Source: Thermococcus sp. JdFR-02
GTDB taxonomy: Archaea > Methanobacteriota_B > Thermococci > Thermococcales > Thermococcaceae
Assembly (NCBI GenBank): GCA_002009975.1
Contig: MTLP01000031.1
Location: 32,001-96,000 of the forward strand
Reading direction: 5' to 3'
DNA: 64,000 nucleotides
Shown: one piece after another, positions 20,311 to 30,619 of the stretch
How positions within the stretch are numbered: the stretch's first letter is position 1
How the letters are laid out: every line of letters begins with the position of its first letter
Notes under the pieces: model-generated
What the model was told of the DNA's origin: nothing
What the model saw: the letters and a program-made list of their open reading frames with translations, nothing else
Database searches by the model: none
Position numbers and translations under genes: made by a program

Positions 20311-20469
20311 TAATATATATAGTTTACGCCGAAAATGTTGTCTAAAATTCGTTTATGTTTGTACCGAAATTGTAACAAATTCATTTTTCTCTTCAAACTC
20401 TTAGATAGCTGTAAGGGTTTTATGAATACATTAGCATCATCACATTAAAACGAAGCTTATAATTGAGAT

Positions 20470-21951
20470 TTAAAATGAGCTAACATTCCTTGTCCAGCCT
20501 AAAGCCCTCTTTACAGCCTCTTTCCATGCCCTATAGAGCTTTTCCCTCTCCTCTTCACTCATCTTTGGTTCAAATTCTCTATCAAGTTTCCAGAGATCTT
20601 TCACTTCCTTTAAACTCTCCCAGTAATTTATTGCCAATCCAGCCATATAAGCTACGCCTAAAGCTGTAGTTTCCTGAATTACTGGGCGAGCAAGCTTTTT
20701 ACCTAAAATATCTGCCTGAAACTGCATTAGAAAGTTATTCTTTGCTACTCCACCATCAACCCTAAGTTCTTTAATTGAGATTCCCTTCTCCATCTCTTCA
20801 ATAACATCCCTTGTTAAGTAAGCAATTGCCTCAAGCACCGCTCTAATTATATGTTCCCTCTTTGTCCCCCTCGTAATTCCGATGAACAAACCCCTTGCAA
20901 ATGAATCCCAATAGGGTGCACCAAGCCCTACAAAGGCTGGAACAAAATAAACACCATAATTTGATGCTAATTTTGAGGCAATCTCTTCTGTCTCAGCTGC
21001 ATTTTTTATTATCTTCAAATCTTCCTTAAGCCACTGTATTGCTGCACCAGCGACAAAAACACTTCCTTCTAATGCATAAACTGTCTTTCCTAACTTCCAA
21101 GCAATAGTTGTTGAAAGATTTTTTAAAGAGCGGAATTCTGTTCCTATATTCGCTAAGATATAATTACCAGTCCCATAGGTTGCCTTTGCCATCCCCTCTT
21201 CAAAACATGCTTGCCCAAACAAAGCTGCTTGCTGATCTCCTAAATCTCCACTAACAGGTATTTCCTTCCCAAACAGCGTTTTCTTTGTGTATCCATACAC
21301 TTCGCTTGATCCTCTTACTTCAGGGAGAATCTCCTCTGGAATTTCAAAGATTTCTAAAAGTTCATCATCCCATTTAAGCTTCCTAATGTCAAAAAGCATG
21401 GTTCTTGATGCATTTGAGTAATCTATAACATGCTTTCCCGTGAGTTTATATATTAAAAAGCTATCGACAGTTCCAAACATCACTTCTCCTTTATGTGCTT
21501 TCTTTTTTAACTCAGGAACATTATCCAAAAGCCACTTTATCTTGCTAGCCGAAAAGCATGCATCTGGGACTAGTCCAGTTTTTTCTTTAATGAGCTCTCC
21601 ATACTCCCTTTTAATCTCCTCCATCATTTCAGCCGTTCTTCTGCATTGCCAAACAATTGCATTGTAAACTGGTTCTCCTTTTTTATCCCAAATTATTACC
21701 GTTCCTCTTTGATTTGCAATCCCAATAGCGGCTATCTGCTCAAAAGAAATTTTAGCATTGTATAATGCATTCCTTATAGCTTTGAGCTGAGCATTCCAAA
21801 GTTCATATGGGTTTTGTTCAATCCAACCGGGCTTTGGATAATACTGGGGGAACTCGCATTGCTCCAAACCTAAAACTTCACTATTTCTATTAAAAACAAC
21901 AGCTTTTGCACTCGTGGTGCCCTCATCAAGTGAAAGTATAAATTTATCCAT
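20470..21951 (-). CDS. glpK: Glycerol kinase-family (FGGY) kinase with substituted glycerol-binding residues
   Basis: [57 protein letters not shown]. Confidence 0.9.
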   Translation of the reverse strand: MDKFILSLDEGTTSAKAVVFNRNSEVLGLEQCEFPQYYPKPGWIEQNPYELWNAQLKAIRNALYNAKISFEQIAAIGIANQRGTVIIWDKKGEPVYNAIVWQCRRTAEMMEEIKREYGELIKEKTGLVPDACFSASKIKWLLDNVPELKKKAHKGEVMFGTVDSFLIYKLTGKHVIDYSNASRTMLFDIRKLKWDDELLEIFEIPEEILPEVRGSSEVYGYTKKTLFGKEIPVSGDLGDQQAALFGQACFEEGMAKATYGTGNYILANIGTEFRSLKNLSTTIAWKLGKTVYALEGSVFVAGAAIQWLKEDLKIIKNAAETEEIASKLASNYGVYFVPAFVGLGAPYWDSFARGLFIGITRGTKREHIIRAVLEAIAYLTRDVIEEMEKGISIKELRVDGGVAKNNFLMQFQADILGKKLARPVIQETTALGVAYMAGLAINYWESLKEVKDLWKLDREFEPKMSEEEREKLYRAWKEAVKRALGWTRNVSSF

Positions 21952-22002
21952 AACCTTACCACCTTAAAAAAGAAAAAACCAAAGAGATATAAACCTTTTA
22001 CG

Positions 22003-22758
22003 TCATCTAAGACCCATTTCTCTCAAAAGGTTGAACATTTTCTCTATGTCATCGGTTATTACAACATCAAAAAGCCCTTTAAGTCTCTTTAAATGATCAT
22101 TTTGATAGTAAAGCTCATCAATTTCAGTCCAGAGGATCATTTTAAAGCCCAGTTTTTTAGCCCAAGCAACTGCTTGATAAAATCTCTCAAAACCTATAAT
22201 AGGGATGCCTTCCATTGGGGCATTGGCAGAGTAAAGTTTAAGCTCTTCTTTTAATTTAGGGAGCATTCCCACTATCTCCTCATTACCTATTAAAACACCA
22301 AGCTTAATTTTATTGTCAAGCTCTCTTGCTTTATGAAGGGCTTCTATGTTAAAGGAAGAAATCAAAGTTCTATTAACAGCATTATACTCTTTAATTATAT
22401 CATAAGTTGCTTCAACAGCATCAACATCCTTAATTTCAATGTTTATCAGCGAATCTTTCGGCAGAATTTCTAAAATTTCCCTGAGGGTTGGAATTTTCTC
22501 ACCCATCCCAACATCCGCTTTTTTAAGTTCTTTTAATGTCATATCTTTGATATTTGCCCTAATTTTTGCTGTCCTTTCTAAAGTTTCATCATGAAGTGCT
22601 ATAACATTTCCATCCTTAGTGAGCCAAACATCAACCTCAACACCATCTGCCCCAGCTTCAATGGCTTTTTTATAGGCTAAAAGGGTATTTTCAGGAAACT
22701 TTGCCATGTACCCTCTATGTCCCAGGACTAGTATTCTATCCTCCTCCCAGCTTGGCAT
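22003..22758 (-). CDS. glpQ: Glycerophosphodiester phosphodiesterase
   Basis: GHRG..PENT, GADGVEVDV, HD.TL.RT, NIEIK. Confidence 0.92.
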   Translation of the reverse strand: MPSWEEDRILVLGHRGYMAKFPENTLLAYKKAIEAGADGVEVDVWLTKDGNVIALHDETLERTAKIRANIKDMTLKELKKADVGMGEKIPTLREILEILPKDSLINIEIKDVDAVEATYDIIKEYNAVNRTLISSFNIEALHKARELDNKIKLGVLIGNEEIVGMLPKLKEELKLYSANAPMEGIPIIGFERFYQAVAWAKKLGFKMILWTEIDELYYQNDHLKRLKGLFDVVITDDIEKMFNLLREMGLR

Positions 22759-22990
22759 GGTTACCGCCTTCAGAAATGTTAAATTTTTAGGTAAAAAACT
22801 TTGCTGCATGTTTATGTTCATTTAACCTCAAGTTCGCTTTTAAGACTCTTAAAAAGTCAAGATAATTAATATTCTCCTTAGAATGCATGGATTTTTCACT
22901 CATCGCTTACGCTTAAAAATGAAGCTCAATGCTAAAAATTATAAGAGAGCATGACAAAAATCTAAGATTAGCTTTAAAACAGGGAAAGGG

Positions 22991-23863
22991 ATGATAAAGA
23001 TGATAGCTCAAGCTATTTTGATCTTGGTTGTGGTTTTTATAGCATTTGTTGCTTTTGTATCCTATAGATTAATAAAACCTCCAAGAGAAATCAGCACATG
23101 GACACCAAAGGATTTAGGTTTTGATTACAAAGAGTTTTGGCTCAAAACACGAGATAACTTAAAACTCCATGCTTGGTGGATTGATCAAGGAAATGAAAAA
23201 ACTATTATCCCTCTGCATGGTTACACTGCAAGTAAGTGGAATGAAACATATATGAAACCAATTATTGAGATTTTGCTCAAAGCGGGCTATAATCTTTTAG
23301 TCTTTGATTTTAGAACACATGGAAGAAGTGAAGGAAAATATACAACCATAGGAGACAAAGAGCTAATTGATTTAATTTCAGCAGTAGAGTGGCTTAAGGA
23401 AAATTATCCCAAGAAAGCCAAAAGAATTGGGTTAATTGGTTACTCAATGGGTGGAATTGTGACTATTAGGGCTTTGGCTGAAGATAAGAGAATCAATGTG
23501 GGAATTGCTGACAGTCCACCAGTATATATCGATAAAACTGGAGCTAGAGGGATAAAATATTTTGCAGGTCTTCCAACGTGGTTCTATCTCTTTATTAAGC
23601 CCCTTAGCAGGATTATAAGCAGAGGAAAAGAGATAGATATGATGGAATATGCAAACAAAATTAAAAAGCCCTTGCTTTTGATAGCTGGAGAAAAAGACCC
23701 CTTGGTATTGCAAGAGGAAATTAGGGAGTTTTACGAGCAGAACAAAAAGATAAACCCCAACATAGAGTTATGGATCACCAACGCGAATCATGTGAGGACT
23801 ATACAAATAGCAAAAGAAGAATATGAAAAGAGAATTTTAGAGTTCTTTGAGAGATGGCTTTGA
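22991..23863 (+). CDS. Membrane-anchored alpha/beta hydrolase
   Basis: N-terminal TM, HGY, FDFRTHGRSEG, nucleophile GYSMG, GEKD, His near C-terminus. Confidence 0.88.
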   Translation: MIKMIAQAILILVVVFIAFVAFVSYRLIKPPREISTWTPKDLGFDYKEFWLKTRDNLKLHAWWIDQGNEKTIIPLHGYTASKWNETYMKPIIEILLKAGYNLLVFDFRTHGRSEGKYTTIGDKELIDLISAVEWLKENYPKKAKRIGLIGYSMGGIVTIRALAEDKRINVGIADSPPVYIDKTGARGIKYFAGLPTWFYLFIKPLSRIISRGKEIDMMEYANKIKKPLLLIAGEKDPLVLQEEIREFYEQNKKINPNIELWITNANHVRTIQIAKEEYEKRILEFFERWL

Positions 23864-23872
23864 GTTCTCTTT

Positions 23873-25108
23873 TTACTCCAATCTCTTTACAACCCAATTA
23901 TAGAGCAATACAGCAATGGTCAAAGCCCCTAACGTTATTAAAGAAAGCCAAATTAGGTCTGGGATTATTTCACTCGCTGGTCTATTGTATAGCTCAAGCA
24001 GTCTTAAATCCTTTAAAGCTCTACCAAGAGGGAAATAATTAACGATCGGTTTTGCCCAAGAAGGGAGAACGCTCTCTGGTAAGACTATTCCAGCCAAAAA
24101 TAGAAGAGGCATTGATATAAAGTTCACTATAGCTGTAGTTGACTTTATGCTCCTTGTGAGCATTGCGATGCTCAATCCAAGACTCATTGAAAAGAGCGAT
24201 GCTATAAAGATTAAACTCCATCCCAAGAAACTTGGATAAATTGTTTCGCCAAAGACTAACCTTGAATAGAAAATACCTATCACTATGCTGATCATTATGA
24301 TAAAAAATGTGGAGAGCATTTTTCCAAGAAGAAAATCCCAAGCGGTTGCAGGAGATGCTGCAATTCTCCTCAAAGTCCCCTTTTCTATTTCCTCAAGTGT
24401 TCCATTTCCTATAGTGAGCATCGTCGCAAATAAGAATTGAATTCCAATGAAGCTTGTGACATAAAATTGTATTGGAGTTGCAGTTTCACCTTCTACTGTT
24501 TTCTCTTCAATCACAAGAGGCTCAGCACTTGCAAGCATATATTCCCTAATCTGCTCAACTGTGAGATTATGCCTCTCAATAATTTCCTTTGGAATGTAAG
24601 CTTCCATGTACTTAAACTGCATCTCCAAGCTTCTCTTTTTCATCTCCTTCTCAAACTCTGAGAAAAATCCTTTGACAATACCGCTTGTTATTTGATAATC
24701 CTGGGGATCTGTTTTATCAAAATACATGTAAATCTTTGCCTGTCTTCCGCCTGAGACATTTGCACCAAATCCCTTGGAAAAAACTACTACAGCATCTACT
24801 CGCCCACTTTTCAATGATTCAATTGCCCCGCTCTCGTTTTTAAACTCGCTAACTTTGAAAAGAGGCACTCCTTCAAGAGTTACATTTTTCATTATCCCAA
24901 CCACATCATAGGCTGTAAAAGGAGAACTCTCATTGTAATAAACAACTCCAACTTTGAGAGTTATGGGCGGACTCTCACCTCCCCATATGCTTCCAAAAAG
25001 TGTGATCCACATAATTGGAAATATGAAAATCCAGAATAAAGCCATTTTCTCTCTTCTAATCTCACGCAAGTCTTTAAGAATAATTCCTTTAATCACCCGA
25101 AGCTTCAT
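23873..25108 (-). CDS. ABC-2 permease
   Basis: EEIEKGTLRRI..SP..LGK; N-terminal TM, large loop, 5 C-terminal TM. Confidence 0.88.
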   Translation of the reverse strand: MKLRVIKGIILKDLREIRREKMALFWIFIFPIMWITLFGSIWGGESPPITLKVGVVYYNESSPFTAYDVVGIMKNVTLEGVPLFKVSEFKNESGAIESLKSGRVDAVVVFSKGFGANVSGGRQAKIYMYFDKTDPQDYQITSGIVKGFFSEFEKEMKKRSLEMQFKYMEAYIPKEIIERHNLTVEQIREYMLASAEPLVIEEKTVEGETATPIQFYVTSFIGIQFLFATMLTIGNGTLEEIEKGTLRRIAASPATAWDFLLGKMLSTFFIIMISIVIGIFYSRLVFGETIYPSFLGWSLIFIASLFSMSLGLSIAMLTRSIKSTTAIVNFISMPLLFLAGIVLPESVLPSWAKPIVNYFPLGRALKDLRLLELYNRPASEIIPDLIWLSLITLGALTIAVLLYNWVVKRLE

Positions 25109-25995
25109 TCCAATCCCCTCCCTGTAAGCTCTAAGAATACGTCTTCTAAAGTTGGCTCTTCAACTTTTACTGCTTTAATCTGCGAGCCTTCTTTAATGAG
25201 AATTTCAATTATCTTGGGCAAAGCTTGTCTCGGCTCTTTAACATGAATCCTTATGGAATTTTCTTTCTCTAAAACTCTTGGAAAGTTGTTTTTTAGCTTT
25301 TCAGCTCCTTTTAAAAGTCCTTCAACTTGAACTATACTCTCTTCCCCAAGCATTTCTTTAAGCTCTTTTGGAGTTCCGACTGCTATTATCTTTCCTTCAT
25401 TTATTATCGCAATCCTGTCAGCTAAAATCTCAGCCTCCTCCATGTAATGAGTGGCAAGTAAAATTGTCTTTCCTTCCTCTTTAAACTGCTTTATCTCCTC
25501 CCAAAGCTTCCTCCTTGATGGAACGTCTAATCCTGTCGAAGGTTCATCCAAAATCAGGATTTTTGGATCATACAAAAGTGAAATCGCCAAATTAAGTCTT
25601 CTTTTAAATCCTCCACTCAATTCTTTCGCCTTCTTCTTTGGAGGTAAATTAAAGCGTTTTATTAACTCACTAACCTTTTTCTTTGGAGCATCATATAAGT
25701 CAGCATAGAAGTTTAAATTCTCCTCAACCGTCAAGAGATTGTAAGCTATACTCTCTTGGGAAACATAACCAATCAATCTCCGCGTTCTCTTTGATATGGA
25801 CTCTCCAAAAATTCTTATCTCACCTTCGTCATATTTCAAACCTTCTGCAAGAATTCTCATTAAAGTGGTTTTTCCAGCACCATTAGGACCTAAAAGTCCA
25901 AATATTTCCCCTTCTTCAACTTCAAGATCAATTCCTTTCAAAGCTTGAAAATCACCATAGCTTTTCTTTAGATTTTTAATTTCAACCGCATACAT
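25105..25995 (-). CDS. ABC-2 ATP-binding protein
   Basis: GPNGAGKTT, LSGGFKRR, ILDEP, THYMEEAE. Confidence 0.93.
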   Translation of the reverse strand: MYAVEIKNLKKSYGDFQALKGIDLEVEEGEIFGLLGPNGAGKTTLMRILAEGLKYDEGEIRIFGESISKRTRRLIGYVSQESIAYNLLTVEENLNFYADLYDAPKKKVSELIKRFNLPPKKKAKELSGGFKRRLNLAISLLYDPKILILDEPSTGLDVPSRRKLWEEIKQFKEEGKTILLATHYMEEAEILADRIAIINEGKIIAVGTPKELKEMLGEESIVQVEGLLKGAEKLKNNFPRVLEKENSIRIHVKEPRQALPKIIEILIKEGSQIKAVKVEEPTLEDVFLELTGRGLE

Positions 25996-26061
25996 GTACT
26001 CACCAAAAGGATTTTAACACCTCAAATTATTAAAAGGATGTAGTCTTTCTGAAATTCAGAA

Positions 26062-26115
26062 GGGATGATGATCGTTAGCCACTCTGAGGGATGAAGAAAA
26101 GAGGGTTAACTGACC
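26062..26115 (+). ncRNA. C/D-box 2'-O-methylation guide sRNA
   Basis: C box ATGATGA 26065-71, 12-nt guide, D' CTGA 26084-87, C' ATGAAGA 26091-97, 12-nt guide, D CTGA 26110-13; the D guide is complementary to archaeal 23S H69 UAACCCUCUU. Confidence 0.88.
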
Positions 26116-26744
26116 TTCTCAGCTCTTCCTAAAAGCTCATGTTCTACCAAAGCAACTATGTCGTTATGGATATCCTCTACAGGTGCGAGAGCATTTACGA
26201 TCCTGATCTCTTTAAATTTCTCGGCTAATTTCAAATAATTCTGTCTGACTCTCTTTTGAAGCTCTGTTATTTTGTCAAACTCGCTCTTAATTTTCCTACC
26301 ATCTATTCTTTTCATACTCTCTTTTACAGGTAAATCCAACAATATAGTTAAATCGGGACGAATAGCGAAAGAATTAATGTTAATAAGCCATTCTAAATCG
26401 AGACCACGTGCCCATTGATAAGCCAGAGACGAATAGAAATACCTATCAGAAATGACAACTTTTCCTTGCTTTAGAGCTGGTTCAATCAATTTTTTAACAT
26501 GTTCAGCCCTATCTGCGGCAAAGAGCAAAGCTTCAGCCTCATGACTAATTTTCGCACCATCAATAATACCCTCTCTTCCACCAGTTAAGACTAATCTTCT
26601 AATTAACTTTCCAAAATCAGTATCTGTTGGCTCTTTTGTCAAGACAACTTCGTATCCAATGTTCTCAAACCATTTAGCCAATAATTTAGCTTGAGTTGAT
26701 TTTCCTGCACCATCAATGCCTTCTATGACTATGAACATGCCCAT
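26106..26744 (-). CDS. tmk: Thymidylate kinase
   Basis: [33 protein letters not shown]. Confidence 0.96.
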   Translation of the reverse strand: MGMFIVIEGIDGAGKSTQAKLLAKWFENIGYEVVLTKEPTDTDFGKLIRRLVLTGGREGIIDGAKISHEAEALLFAADRAEHVKKLIEPALKQGKVVISDRYFYSSLAYQWARGLDLEWLININSFAIRPDLTILLDLPVKESMKRIDGRKIKSEFDKITELQKRVRQNYLKLAEKFKEIRIVNALAPVEDIHNDIVALVEHELLGRAEKVS

Positions 26745-26842
26745 CCCCACACCTCCACAAATAAGAAGGACCGCTGTTAAATGATAGAGGATACAGTATT
26801 TAATTCTTTTTCGTCAAAATTTTGCTAAAACCGGGAAGAGGT

Positions 26843-27544
26843 TTAAAGGGAGCGCAGATAATCTAAGAGCTTCCACATACTCTTGAAACTCTTTTCCTCT
26901 TCCCCATAAAATTCCACTACCCCTTCTGGCTTGAAGCGTAAGCCAAATATGTAGTTCCCTTTCTTAAGTTTTTGAAGAAATACTTCTTTGGGCTTTGGTG
27001 GAACATAACTCGTCATCATATCGTTTATTAATTCTGCTTCAAAACCAAAGTGCTCGTTAAATCTTGGGAAGAGCAAAACGGCTGGAGTGTTCATACAATC
27101 AACAAGAACTTTTCCTTCAAGCTTGATGTTGTAGTGCTTAAAGACTTCATGGAGAAAGTCCTCAAGGGCATTTGGATAATAAACCGTTGCGCCTATGTCA
27201 TTTGGAGGAGCTTCGATAAAATTCTTGCTTTCTATTATAGCATCTATTTCATCCACATCAATTCCTCCAACTTCAACTCTAACCCCTTTGTGATAGTAGA
27301 TGTAAGCCAGGGGAAGTCCCTTTTTGTGGGCAAAATCTCTGAGAACTATAAGTGGAATTAATCGCACATCCATTATAGCAGAGCCAGTGCTAACAACACC
27401 AACAACTAGTGCTCTCTTACCATATCGTGAAATTGCCCTTCCATCTCTTCCAACAATTATTGTCCCTTGAGTCACTGTTCCAACTGCCCTTCCTAATAGA
27501 GCCAACTCTTCTGGATTAAACTTTTCGGAATGGTAAATTTCCAT
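26843..27544 (-). CDS. Truncated phosphohexomutase (PMM/PGM)-like protein
   Basis: IIVGRDGR and VLVDCMN N-terminal domain motifs; only 233 aa, no TASHNP or DGDGDR. Confidence 0.7.
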   Translation of the reverse strand: MEIYHSEKFNPEELALLGRAVGTVTQGTIIVGRDGRAISRYGKRALVVGVVSTGSAIMDVRLIPLIVLRDFAHKKGLPLAYIYYHKGVRVEVGGIDVDEIDAIIESKNFIEAPPNDIGATVYYPNALEDFLHEVFKHYNIKLEGKVLVDCMNTPAVLLFPRFNEHFGFEAELINDMMTSYVPPKPKEVFLQKLKKGNYIFGLRFKPEGVVEFYGEEEKSFKSMWKLLDYLRSL

Positions 27545-27555
27545 TTTTTATCACC

Positions 27556-28641
27556 TCAATCTGGCAATATTATGCTTTCTTTCCCAATTCTTGATTCAAC
27601 CCAAATCTTGATATTAGCGCCAATTTTCGTGAACTCTTCAATAACACTGTTATCCCCAATAACGCTACCTTCTTCAATTACAGCACCTTTACCTATATAG
27701 ACATTCTCTCCAATTATTGCTTCCCTTATTTCAGCCCCTTCTTCAATTACAGTATTTGAAAATATTACAGAGCGTTCTATTTTAACATTTCTCCCAATTT
27801 CAACATTATCACCTATCACAGCAAATCCTCTCACATTAAAGCGTCTAAGTCTACATCTCTTTCCTGTAAATATCGCTCCTCCATATTCAATGTTCCCTTT
27901 TAAGGTGTCTACTCTAATCTCTCTAAGCCTTAACTTTCCAAAGAAGGCATCTTCAGTTGCCTGCAAATAGCTCGAAGGTCTCCCAACATCATTCCAATAT
28001 TCTTTAAATGGAAACCCATATAATGGTAAATTTTCCTCGAGCATCTTTGGGAATAGGTTTAGAGAATAATCAAAATTTTCCCCCTTAGGAACTAAGTCAA
28101 AAACCTCTGGTTCAAAAACATAAATTCCAGCATTGACGAGATTGCTAAAGGCTTCTTCAGGTTTTGGCTTTTCTTTAAACCTCAATATTCTATTATCGCT
28201 ATCTACGATTGCAACACCGTATTGTGTAGGATCTTCAACTTGAGAAAGGGCAATTGTAGCTAAGGCTTTTTTCTTTTTATGGAACTCAAAAAGCTCTATT
28301 AAGGTAAGATTTGTCAAAACATCACTTGAAGCCACTATAAAAGTATCATCTATTTTATCCACAACCTTTTTAGTCGCACCAGCTGTTCCAAGATTTATAT
28401 TTTCTCCATTAGAATAATGTATCTCTATTCCATACTCACTACCATCCCCAAAATAATTCATAATCCTCTCTTTTAGATATCCAACTAAGACAAATACCTC
28501 ATCAACCCCAGCTTCAATTAGGTTCCTAAGAATATATTCCATCATAGGCTTATTAAAAAATGGTATCATGGGTTTAGGTCTGTAAACTGTTAAAGGAAGC
28601 AATCTTGTTCCTTTTCCACCTGCCATAAGGACTGCTTGCAT
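27556..28641 (-). CDS. NDP-sugar pyrophosphorylase (mannose-1-phosphate guanylyltransferase-like)
   Basis: MAGGKGTRLLPLT..RPKPM, LGTAGA, FKEKP, VNAGIY, WNDVG, hexapeptide repeats. Confidence 0.92.
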   Translation of the reverse strand: MQAVLMAGGKGTRLLPLTVYRPKPMIPFFNKPMMEYILRNLIEAGVDEVFVLVGYLKERIMNYFGDGSEYGIEIHYSNGENINLGTAGATKKVVDKIDDTFIVASSDVLTNLTLIELFEFHKKKKALATIALSQVEDPTQYGVAIVDSDNRILRFKEKPKPEEAFSNLVNAGIYVFEPEVFDLVPKGENFDYSLNLFPKMLEENLPLYGFPFKEYWNDVGRPSSYLQATEDAFFGKLRLREIRVDTLKGNIEYGGAIFTGKRCRLRRFNVRGFAVIGDNVEIGRNVKIERSVIFSNTVIEEGAEIREAIIGENVYIGKGAVIEEGSVIGDNSVIEEFTKIGANIKIWVESRIGKESIILPD

Positions 28642-28817
28642 AATTACACCACATAAAGTCTATCCTCTCGATAGGTTAAATATTTAGTGGTTTGATGGAT
28701 GATAAACGACTAAAAACAACAAAGATACCAATATAACTTTCTGAAAGAATGCCAATGTCAAATAGGAAAGACTAATAAATGGAAGGCATAATAAGATTTG
28801 AGTGGTGAATAGGAACA

Positions 28818-29435
28818 ATGGAGGATATAGAGGAGTTTGAGTATGAGCCGAGAAGTGTTAAAGAGTTATTTATTGAGATGAAAAACATCGTTGAGTTGAT
28901 GGTTGACCTTGCGTATTCATCAATTCTCTTTGGAGATAAGGAAATAGCTGAAGAAGTTCTTGATTTGGAAGAACGGATGGATTTGCTTAATTATCAAATG
29001 ATGGTTCATGCTGTTCTCGCTGCAAGGAATGTAAAAGAAGCAGAAAAAGTAACGTCTATACTCCAAATGGCAAACGCAATAGAAGACATTTCAAATGCAG
29101 CTGGAGATTTAGCTAAAATGGTTCTTGAGGGATTGGAACCTCATCCAGTTATAAAGGAGGCAATATTGGAGAGTGAAGAAATCATTGCAAAGATAACTGT
29201 GACTCCCAATTCAATTTTAGCCGGGAAAACCCTTGGTGAATTAAAATTAGCAAGCAATACTGGGGTTTGGATAATAGCTGTAAGGAGAGGCAAAAGGTGG
29301 ATATTTGCACCTGACAAAGACTTTAGGATAAAACCTTTGGATGTATTAATTGGAAGAGGCACCCACACATCAATAGAGCACTTAAAGGAGATAGCGAGAG
29401 GAGTTATAAGGGTGGTTGGTCATGAAAGAGCTTGA
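28818..29435 (+). CDS. PhoU + TrkA-C (RCK_C) domain protein
   Basis: EMKNIVELMVDLAYS helical domain plus S.LAGKTL..L.L...GV.IIAVRR. Confidence 0.85.
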   Translation: MEDIEEFEYEPRSVKELFIEMKNIVELMVDLAYSSILFGDKEIAEEVLDLEERMDLLNYQMMVHAVLAARNVKEAEKVTSILQMANAIEDISNAAGDLAKMVLEGLEPHPVIKEAILESEEIIAKITVTPNSILAGKTLGELKLASNTGVWIIAVRRGKRWIFAPDKDFRIKPLDVLIGRGTHTSIEHLKEIARGVIRVVGHERA

Positions 29436-30024
29436 AGAGATAAAGGATATTTTAATTGAGATGAAAAATCTCTCATCTCTAATGATAGATTTGGCTTTTT
29501 CATCTGTCATGTATAACAGTGAGGACATTGCTGATGAGGTTTATATTTTAGAGGATAAAGTAGATGATCTAACCTTAAAAGTTAAGAAACTTGCATTGAA
29601 TGCTGCAAAATATGAAGAAAATCCAGATAAGCTTCTAAGCATAATAGAAATGGCTACAATAAATGAGCAAATTTCGGATTCTGCCTACGAAATAGCAGAT
29701 TTGGTTTTAAGAGATGTTGAACCTCACCCAATAATAAGAAAGATCATGCACGATGTTGAAGAGGAGATTGGTAGAGTTAAGGTAAATGAAGGCTCCATCC
29801 TCATAGGACAAACACTAAAACAGCTCAAGTTACCAACAAAGATAGGAGTTAAGATTTTGGCGATAAAAAGAGGAACCCGCTACATATATAACCCAAGCAA
29901 AGATGAGGAGATAAAAGAGGGAGATATTTTAATCGCTGTAGGTTCTGGGATTGATAGACTTAGAGAGCTCTCAAATGAGGTAGAAGAAGAGGGAGAGATG
30001 TTTGAAGAGGAAGAAGAGGAGTGA
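29422..30024 (+). CDS. PhoU + TrkA-C domain protein (paralogue of the upstream gene)
   Basis: EMKNLSSLMIDLAFS, EPHPII, GQTLKQLKL..KIGVKILAIKR; acidic tail. Confidence 0.85.
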   Translation: MKELEEIKDILIEMKNLSSLMIDLAFSSVMYNSEDIADEVYILEDKVDDLTLKVKKLALNAAKYEENPDKLLSIIEMATINEQISDSAYEIADLVLRDVEPHPIIRKIMHDVEEEIGRVKVNEGSILIGQTLKQLKLPTKIGVKILAIKRGTRYIYNPSKDEEIKEGDILIAVGSGIDRLRELSNEVEEEGEMFEEEEEE

Positions 30025-30064
30025 TTTTAATTTGCAGCATAGTGCTCAACTCTAGAACACCTTA

Positions 30065-30619
30065 TCACCGATAGTCTAATGAGATTTCTACGCTATAATT
30101 GGCTTCACCCCAGATATTTACTACTAACGTCTTAATTTTAACCTTTGGATTAATTTCAAGAACAGGCTGTGCAAGGATATCGAAACATCCTGCTTCAGAC
30201 CTACATTCCTTATCGTCGCAAATCTTCCAACTTGGTCTTGGATCACATTTGTAAAAGTAAAACTTCAGGAAGAGGGTCTCATTTTCATAAGCACAAGTCG
30301 TTAGGTTGAAAAAGGGATTTCCAGCACCATAGAATCCAAAAATTATGGTAATTTTATTATCCTTAATTAGCACACTACTATTATTAACTCTTGTCCTATT
30401 TCCTTTGGGAATTTCTTCAAAGAAGGGCAATATCCTTCTGTATTCAACAAAATTAGAGCAGTTAGATTGCCAAATGGAGGGCTTTCTCACGACTTTAAAA
30501 TGTTCATTCATGCTTATGTTGTTTGGGGTGGTTTCATTAATACTTATTTCCCGATTGTGATAAAAGAAAACAGCAACAAGCAAAAGCAGAAAAAGGGATA
30601 TTAAAGCTTTCTTGAACAT
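30065..30619 (-). CDS. Membrane-anchored Cys-containing hypothetical protein (paralogue of 31394-31933)
   Basis: N-terminal TM, GAGGTG RBS, shared motif FNLTxCAYENETLFLKF. Confidence 0.8.
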   Translation of the reverse strand: MFKKALISLFLLLLVAVFFYHNREISINETTPNNISMNEHFKVVRKPSIWQSNCSNFVEYRRILPFFEEIPKGNRTRVNNSSVLIKDNKITIIFGFYGAGNPFFNLTTCAYENETLFLKFYFYKCDPRPSWKICDDKECRSEAGCFDILAQPVLEINPKVKIKTLVVNIWGEANYSVEISLDYR

